Virus record (IMG/VR): IMGVR_UViG_3300034062_007046
Location: 18,846 to 82,845 of that record
Reading direction: 5' to 3' (one strand)
DNA: 64,000 nucleotides
Source of the DNA: a virus
The position numbers were made by a program, and so were the translations under genes. Positions 58,496 through 64,000 of the stretch are shown piece after piece; position 1 is the first letter of the stretch, and the number at the start of each line of letters is the position of its first letter. Under the pieces are notes generated by a model that did no database searches, was not told the origin of the DNA, and worked only from the letters and a program-made list of their open reading frames with translations.

Positions 58496-61279
58496 ATGCC
58501 AATTGAAAAGTTTAAGTTTGTAAGTCCCGGTGTTCAAGCGCAGGAAGTCGATCAATCACAAATCCCAAGAACACCAGAAGATATGGGACCAGTTATTATT
58601 GGACGTTCCTTGCGCGGTCCTGTTATGCGTCCAGTGAAAGTTGGTTCTTTTTCAGATTTCGTAGATGTATTCGGTGAACCAGTTCCAGGTGGTATTGGTG
58701 GTGACGTTTGGAGAAACGGTAATAAAACTGCTCCAACTTATGCTGCTTACGCCGCTCAAGCTTATTTACGCAATTCATCACCAGTTACTTTCGTTCGTTT
58801 AGCTGGTTATGAAAATCCAGATGAAACTACAGGTGAAGCAGGTTGGGCAGTAACAAACGCTTACGGCTTATTTATTGCGCCAATTGGCGGTTCTGGCGAC
58901 ATATGGTCGATACCAGCTGCTACAGCTTCACTTGGTGCAATTATTTATGCTGGCGCTGGAACTTTTGGTTTAACTGGTAAGCCATTAAGTGGTTCAACAG
59001 AAAGCATTGTTTCTCAAACAGGTAATTGGGTTCGCGTAACTGGAACTAATGGCGAAGTCAAACTAACAGTCTCAGGTTCAACAAAAAGCGTAAATTTTGA
59101 TGAAAATTCTAAAAAATACATCCGTTCAGTATTAAACACAAACCCAGTTCTAACAAATACCGATATCACAAGTGCGCCTGAATCTTATTTCCTTGGTGAA
59201 ACGTTTAAAACTTGGGTATTAGAGAAGCATCCAACATTATCAGGTTCATCTAATTTTGCGGCAATTCTTGTTAGATTAGATAACGGTACAGCAGATTTTG
59301 CAAACCACCAAGTTCAAGCAGAAGATGCCGCAACAGGATGGGTTGTTTCACAACACAAGGGTTTAGCAACTGATTTCGTTGCCAATGGTGCAACTGGTGA
59401 ATATCCAGTACAAAAACTCTTTAAGCTCGTCGGCTTAACTGAAGGTGAATGGAATAGCCAAAATCTTAAAGTAGCTATTGAAGATATTAAAGAGCCACCA
59501 AATGAATTTGTTAAATTTGGTTCATTTACAGTTTCAATCCGTAAAATGGATGATAGCGATTTAGTTCCACAATATGTTGAAAGATTCTCAAACCTTTCAT
59601 TAGACCCCTCATCAGAAAATTATATCGCAAAGAAAATTGGCGATAAGTACACAGAATGGGATTATGAAAAGAAGGCATTTGTTGAATATGGTACATATGA
59701 CAACAAGTCAAAATTTATCCGTGTAGAAATGAATCCAGACGTTGATGCAGCGCTAACAGATCCAGATTTAATTCCATTCGGTTTCTACGGTCCAGCGCAA
59801 TTAGCAGATGTAGCAGTATCAAGCTCAAGCGGTTCAGTAGCAGGAGCTGGCTTTTTCTTAGACACAGCGATTACTGGTAATGCTGCATATACTGCAAGCT
59901 TTGCTCTACAACAACTACCACTTCTAACAACAACAGCTGATTCACCAGCAGCTTCATTAGCTTCTGTTACATTTGGCTTCAAAACAAACGTTGATGGTAC
60001 AAAGAAGTACAATAAAGATATGCCAGACTACCTAAGAGCATATCCAAATGGTTGGACAGAAGATAAGCCTGCATTCTTGTTCTCTCTTGACGATGTTAGT
60101 GCATCGGTAAGCTCTGGATCAATCGTTCAATCAACTCCTGCAACGTGGACAGAAGGAAATAGAGCAGCAACCGGGTCATTAACTGCTTATGGTTCTCAAG
60201 GCACTCTAACATCATCAAATGGTTCAAGATTAGTTTTGGGAACATTCAACAAGTTCGTCATGCCTCTATTCGGCGGCACTGATGGCGTTGACATTACAGA
60301 AAAAGATCCATTCAATACAAGAGTATTGGGACAAACTGGTGCAAATGAATACACCAATTATGCTTACAACAGCGTTAAGGTTGCGGTTGAAAGCATCGCA
60401 GACCCAGAAGTTGTTGAAATGAATCTTGCAGCAATGCCAGGTATTGAAAATGAAGCCCTAACTGGTCTATTATTAGAGAAATGCGAAGTTCGCGGTGATG
60501 CACTTGCCGTTATCGATCTTAAGGGTGATTACGTACCAGAAGAGGGTAAGGCAACACCAAGCACATCAGCAGCAGCTCGTAAACCAGTTGTAGCAGATGC
60601 GGTATCAAATCTAAAGAACCGTGCGATTAATAGTAGCTATGGTTGTGCGTTCTTCCCTTGGGTATTAATCCGCGATAACTTAAACAACAATACCGTATGG
60701 GTACCACCATCAGTTGCAGCCCTTGGTACTTTCTCAAGTTCACAACGTAAGACAGAATTATGGTTTGCACCAGCAGGATTTAATCGTGGTGGTTTAACAG
60801 AAGGCGCAGCTGGTTTACCAGTTCTACAAACTTCACTTAAGCTATCATCAAAAGATCGTGATGCGCTTTACGAGGCAAATATCAATCCAATCGCTTCATT
60901 CCCAAGCGAAGGAATTGTAATCTTTGGTCAAAAGACACTACAAGTAACACCAAGCGCATTAGATCGCATCAATGTTCGCCGTTTGATGATTTACTTGAAG
61001 AAAGAAATCAGCCGCTTTGCAACAACGGTTCTATTTGATCCAAACATCGAAGTAACTTGGAAGCGTTTCACAAATCAAGCTATTCCTTTCCTTGAAAGCG
61101 TCAAATCAAGATTTGGTGTTAGTGAATTCCGTGTTGTGTTAGACGAGACAACTACAACACCAGAATTAGTAGATCGTAACATTGTTTATGCCAAGATCCT
61201 CTTGAAGCCAACACGCGCTATCGAATTTATCGCACTTGACTTCGTAATTACAAATACTGGTGCATCATTTAACGATTAA
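58496..61279 (+). CDS. Tail sheath protein (gp18-like)
   Basis: 'SPGV..EVD', 'WFAPAGFNRG', 'LYEANINPI', 'FGQKTL', 'DRINVRRL', 'PTRAIEFI'. Confidence 0.95.
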   Translation: MPIEKFKFVSPGVQAQEVDQSQIPRTPEDMGPVIIGRSLRGPVMRPVKVGSFSDFVDVFGEPVPGGIGGDVWRNGNKTAPTYAAYAAQAYLRNSSPVTFVRLAGYENPDETTGEAGWAVTNAYGLFIAPIGGSGDIWSIPAATASLGAIIYAGAGTFGLTGKPLSGSTESIVSQTGNWVRVTGTNGEVKLTVSGSTKSVNFDENSKKYIRSVLNTNPVLTNTDITSAPESYFLGETFKTWVLEKHPTLSGSSNFAAILVRLDNGTADFANHQVQAEDAATGWVVSQHKGLATDFVANGATGEYPVQKLFKLVGLTEGEWNSQNLKVAIEDIKEPPNEFVKFGSFTVSIRKMDDSDLVPQYVERFSNLSLDPSSENYIAKKIGDKYTEWDYEKKAFVEYGTYDNKSKFIRVEMNPDVDAALTDPDLIPFGFYGPAQLADVAVSSSSGSVAGAGFFLDTAITGNAAYTASFALQQLPLLTTTADSPAASLASVTFGFKTNVDGTKKYNKDMPDYLRAYPNGWTEDKPAFLFSLDDVSASVSSGSIVQSTPATWTEGNRAATGSLTAYGSQGTLTSSNGSRLVLGTFNKFVMPLFGGTDGVDITEKDPFNTRVLGQTGANEYTNYAYNSVKVAVESIADPEVVEMNLAAMPGIENEALTGLLLEKCEVRGDALAVIDLKGDYVPEEGKATPSTSAAARKPVVADAVSNLKNRAINSSYGCAFFPWVLIRDNLNNNTVWVPPSVAALGTFSSSQRKTELWFAPAGFNRGGLTEGAAGLPVLQTSLKLSSKDRDALYEANINPIASFPSEGIVIFGQKTLQVTPSALDRINVRRLMIYLKKEISRFATTVLFDPNIEVTWKRFTNQAIPFLESVKSRFGVSEFRVVLDETTTTPELVDRNIVYAKILLKPTRAIEFIALDFVITNTGASFND

Positions 61280-61295
61280 TAACTAAAAAAAATAG

Positions 61296-61328
61296 TTGGG
61301 GACTATATAAATTGTAGTCCCCAATTTT
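61296..61328 (+). terminator. Hairpin/weak terminator containing a promoter-like motif (ACTATATAA, 61302-61310)
   Basis: TTGGGGACTAT-ATAAATT-GTAGTCCCCAA followed by TTTT. Confidence 0.55.
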
Positions 61329-61342
61329 AGGAGAATAAAAAT

Positions 61343-61936
61343 ATGGCATTTTGGAGTCAGGCTACAACTGAGCCTTTAAGACAATTTAGATGGACTGTTA
61401 TTTTTGGAGCCAATGAAGGCGCAGCCACTTTAGATAGTCAAATATATGCACTTAAAAAAGTAGATAGACCTAAAGCAACAATCAGCGAAGTTACTCATAA
61501 ATACTTAAATCATGAATTTTATTATCCTGGTAGATTAAAGTGGGAACCTATTAATATGACAATCGCTGCTATTAGAGAAGGCGATGGCGATCTTTCAGGC
61601 GGTCCCGGAACTTCAACGGCTCTAATGACTACCTTAGTAAGTGCTGGATACATGATCCCTACTTCAATACAGCCAGAACAGAGAAAAACCTTGGCAAAAC
61701 AAAAATTTGCCAATGGTCTTGGCAGTTCAATTTTTATACAAAATTTAGATCCAGACGGAGTAGTTATAGAGCAATGGAAAATTTTAAATCCATTTTTTAC
61801 ATCCGTGCAGTTTGGATCTCTTGATTATGGTAGCGATGAAATAGTAGAAGTACAATGTACTTTGAAATATGACGCGGCATATCATACAGTAGGCGCTGGA
61901 GACGCTGCACCAGCTGGTGCAAATCCATTCGTATAA
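61343..61936 (+). CDS. Tail tube protein (gp19-like)
   Basis: 'EPLRQFRW', 'RPK', 'YYPGRLKWEPI', 'LDPDGVVIEQW', 'FGSLDY', 'LKYD'. Confidence 0.85.
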   Translation: MAFWSQATTEPLRQFRWTVIFGANEGAATLDSQIYALKKVDRPKATISEVTHKYLNHEFYYPGRLKWEPINMTIAAIREGDGDLSGGPGTSTALMTTLVSAGYMIPTSIQPEQRKTLAKQKFANGLGSSIFIQNLDPDGVVIEQWKILNPFFTSVQFGSLDYGSDEIVEVQCTLKYDAAYHTVGAGDAAPAGANPFV

Positions 61937-61949
61937 TAAATAAATTATT

Positions 61950-62465
61950 ATGGCTTTTTGGGGCAAACAAGATTTAAAAGAACCATTACGCCAAAATAGG
62001 TGGTATTTAAGATATAATGTAGATGGCTTGGATGCTTATACATTTGCTTTAAAAGAGTGCAAAAAACCAGAATATGAAATTGGGGTAACAGAACACCGTT
62101 TGCTAACACACACTGTTCGTTACCCTACTCTTTTAAAGTGGCTACCAATCGATATAAAAATGATATCTGTTCGTGGAACCGACGATGTTTCAAGTTTAAA
62201 TGGCGCTATAGAATCTTTTATATCTGATATTGGATACTCAAACCCAGTTACAAATGAACATCAGCAGATAAGCAAGCAATCATTGACTTTAGATATATAT
62301 CAAGTTGATGAAAACGGTAATAAAATCGAAGAATGGAATTTATATAATCCTTTAATTACCAAAGTTAACTATGGTACACTATCATATGAAAATGAAGGTT
62401 TAATGGAAGTTTCTTTAAGCATAACATATGATTTTGCTAATCATACTATATTAATCCCTAAATAA
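61950..62465 (+). CDS. Second tail-tube-like paralogue
   Basis: MAFW..EPLRQNRW, KWLPI, 'IEEWNLYNP', 'YGTLSY', 'ITYDFA' align with 61343. Confidence 0.75.
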   Translation: MAFWGKQDLKEPLRQNRWYLRYNVDGLDAYTFALKECKKPEYEIGVTEHRLLTHTVRYPTLLKWLPIDIKMISVRGTDDVSSLNGAIESFISDIGYSNPVTNEHQQISKQSLTLDIYQVDENGNKIEEWNLYNPLITKVNYGTLSYENEGLMEVSLSITYDFANHTILIPK

Positions 62466-62483
62466 AAGAAAGCGTAGGCAAAA

Positions 62484-63329
62484 ATGAGAAATAATGAAGA
62501 ACGTTTTGGTGTTCCCACGCAATTACAAGATGGAACTCCACCACAAGTATTGCAGCAAGCACAAGGTCTATCATTAGACTTTATAACACCAACAGAAATT
62601 GTTCCACTCCCATCAAAAGGCAAGTTTTATCCTGTCGGTCATCCGTTGAGAGGCAAAGACTCAATTGAAATCAAGCAAATGACGGCTAAAGAAGAGGATA
62701 TCTTGACGAACAAGAGTCTTCTTAAAAAGGGAATTGCTCTTGACAAGCTAATTCAATCTTTGATTGTAGACAGAACCATCAATCCTGATACTCTAACGGT
62801 CGATGATCGTAATGCCATCATTATTGCAGCGAGAATTGCTGCATATGGTGCAGAATATTCGACACAAGTAACTTGCCCGTCATGCTCACAAAAGAGCAAA
62901 TATTCATTTAATCTAATAGAAAAACTTCCAAAAGAAGATGAAGGTACATCAGAAACAGCAGTCGATGATAATGGGTTTTTTGTCATTAGTCTACCAGCTA
63001 CTAAATGGACGGTAGTCTGTAGAGCACTAAATGGAAATGATGAAAAGAATCTTCTAAAGACTTCAGAGCTAAAAAAGAAATCTTCCAATGATTCAATCTT
63101 CTTAGATCAATTGAAGTCTATGGTTGTTGCTATTCAAAACGTAACTGATCGTCCAACATTGGAAAAAGCATTAGCTGCTATGCCAGCTGGTGATACTCGC
63201 CATCTCCGCAGAGAATATCAAAAAGCTGTGGAATCTGTTGATATGAGACAAACATTTCTTTGCTCACACTGCGAAGAGGAAACCGTGATGGAGGTTCCGC
63301 TTTCAGCAGACTTTTTTTGGTTTAAGTGA
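62484..63329 (+). CDS. Baseplate hub / tail assembly chaperone (T4 gp26-like)
   Basis: 'VPLPSKGKFYP', 'MTAKEEDIL', 'DRNAIIIAAR..YG', CPSC and CSHC, ends 'DFFW'. Confidence 0.75.
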   Translation: MRNNEERFGVPTQLQDGTPPQVLQQAQGLSLDFITPTEIVPLPSKGKFYPVGHPLRGKDSIEIKQMTAKEEDILTNKSLLKKGIALDKLIQSLIVDRTINPDTLTVDDRNAIIIAARIAAYGAEYSTQVTCPSCSQKSKYSFNLIEKLPKEDEGTSETAVDDNGFFVISLPATKWTVVCRALNGNDEKNLLKTSELKKKSSNDSIFLDQLKSMVVAIQNVTDRPTLEKALAAMPAGDTRHLRREYQKAVESVDMRQTFLCSHCEEETVMEVPLSADFFWFK

Positions 63330-63501
63330 TCAATATCAACAAAACATCTATGAGCAGTTCTTCTATTTAAAGTATTATGGAGGATTCTCACTGTTTGAAA
63401 GTTATAACCTTCCAGTTGCTCTCCGAAAATGGTTTGTTGAAAAACTTGTAGAACAACTAAAAGAAGAAAGTGATCAAATAAAGAAAGCTTCAAGGAAATA
63501 A
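63319..63501 (+). CDS. Start-less +1-frame extension of the chaperone (frameshift product, gp51/GT-like)
   Basis: GLSDQYQQNIYEQFFYLKYYGGFSLFESYNLPVALRKWFVEKL..; no in-frame ATG/GTG/TTG after the TGA at 63286; T7 run at 63312-63318. Confidence 0.7.
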   Translation, partial: GLSDQYQQNIYEQFFYLKYYGGFSLFESYNLPVALRKWFVEKLVEQLKEESDQIKKASRK

Positions 63502-63531
63502 AAGAGGGCGGGGTAAAACCCGCTCTTTTTT
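63502..63531 (+). terminator. Rho-independent terminator
   Basis: AAGAGGGCGGG-GTAAAA-CCCGCTCTT running into a T-run. Confidence 0.75.
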
Positions 63532-63582
63532 CTTCTTATCTCTAATTATTTGTATAGTTTTTATTTTATGGAAAAATATTAA

Positions 63583-64000
63583 ATGGCTATTGATGATGTC
63601 ACTAAAAGTTTAGAAGCTATAAAAGCGCAAAAAGAAGCGACCGAAGCTACAACTAACGCTTCTAACGAGCAATTAAAAGTTCTTAAAGAAATAGCAGACC
63701 TACAGAAACAAATTTTAGACATCAATGCAAAAAAGAAAGAGCAAGAAGAAAAAACTCTTAAAGATATACAAAGCGCTAATGTCTCTTTAGAACAACAGTA
63801 CAAAGCAGCACAAAAAAATTCTAAAGAAAAAGCAGAGGCGGCAAAAGAATACTTAGATGGCTTGGAAGAAGAACTTAGAAACGGTAAAAAAAATAAACAA
63901 TTAACTGAAGAACAAATAAACTTTATTAGAGAAAAAATTAAAGAATTAAAAAAAGAAAATAAAGAATTAGACGAATTCTTAGTAAAAGAAGAAAAAAGAA
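63583..64000 (+). CDS. Probable tape measure protein, 3'-partial
   Basis: Open from ATG 63583 (MAIDDVTKSLEAIKAQKE..) to the window end. K/E/A coiled coil, follows the chaperone; promoter-like TCTAATTAT at 63541. Confidence 0.65.
   Translation, partial: MAIDDVTKSLEAIKAQKEATEATTNASNEQLKVLKEIADLQKQILDINAKKKEQEEKTLKDIQSANVSLEQQYKAAQKNSKEKAEAAKEYLDGLEEELRNGKKNKQLTEEQINFIREKIKELKKENKELDEFLVKEEKR

Noticed and set aside
63218-63803. Minus-strand ORFs at 63218-63493 and 63579-63803
   Set aside because: Better explained by the plus-strand frameshift extension and the tape measure gene.
1-64000. Alternative genetic code (stop-codon reassignment)
   Set aside because: Conserved genes are full length under code 11, and TAA, TAG and TGA all end genes at sensible positions.
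1-64000. tRNA/rRNA genes, introns, inteins, homing endonucleases
   Set aside because: Intergenic gaps are short with no cloverleaf seen. Terminase, portal, primase and MCP are uninterrupted and lack intein motifs.

Overview
The window is part of a large, AT-rich, T4-like myovirus genome (standard code, all real genes on the + strand) and covers most of the virion module. In order: baseplate (1-20 kb); a cluster of Ser/Thr/Gly-rich fibre and decoration genes with two DUF2827-like putative glycosyltransferases (21-35 kb); RuvC, primase and a single-ORF Mre11-Rad50 (SbcD-SbcC) fusion; a holin/spanin-like trio; terminase, portal, prohead protease, a divergent ribosomal protein bS21, scaffold and major capsid protein; then neck, sheath, two tube paralogues, a tail-assembly chaperone with an apparent +1/-2 programmed frameshift, and the start of the tape measure gene. 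The most notable signal is a [S/T]-[G/A/S]-S tripeptide, usually after a hydrophobic residue. It is dense in surface-exposed virion proteins and nearly absent from enzymes and buried proteins. Together with the glycosyltransferase-like pair, this suggests a phage-encoded virion O-glycosylation system (inference). Other points: a recurrent ACTAWTTAW late-promoter-like motif, a ~100-aa domain shared by four fibre proteins, an unannotated 25-aa RRCC peptide, and a frameshifted fibre gene. All family assignments come from motif recognition by eye; no database searches were run.
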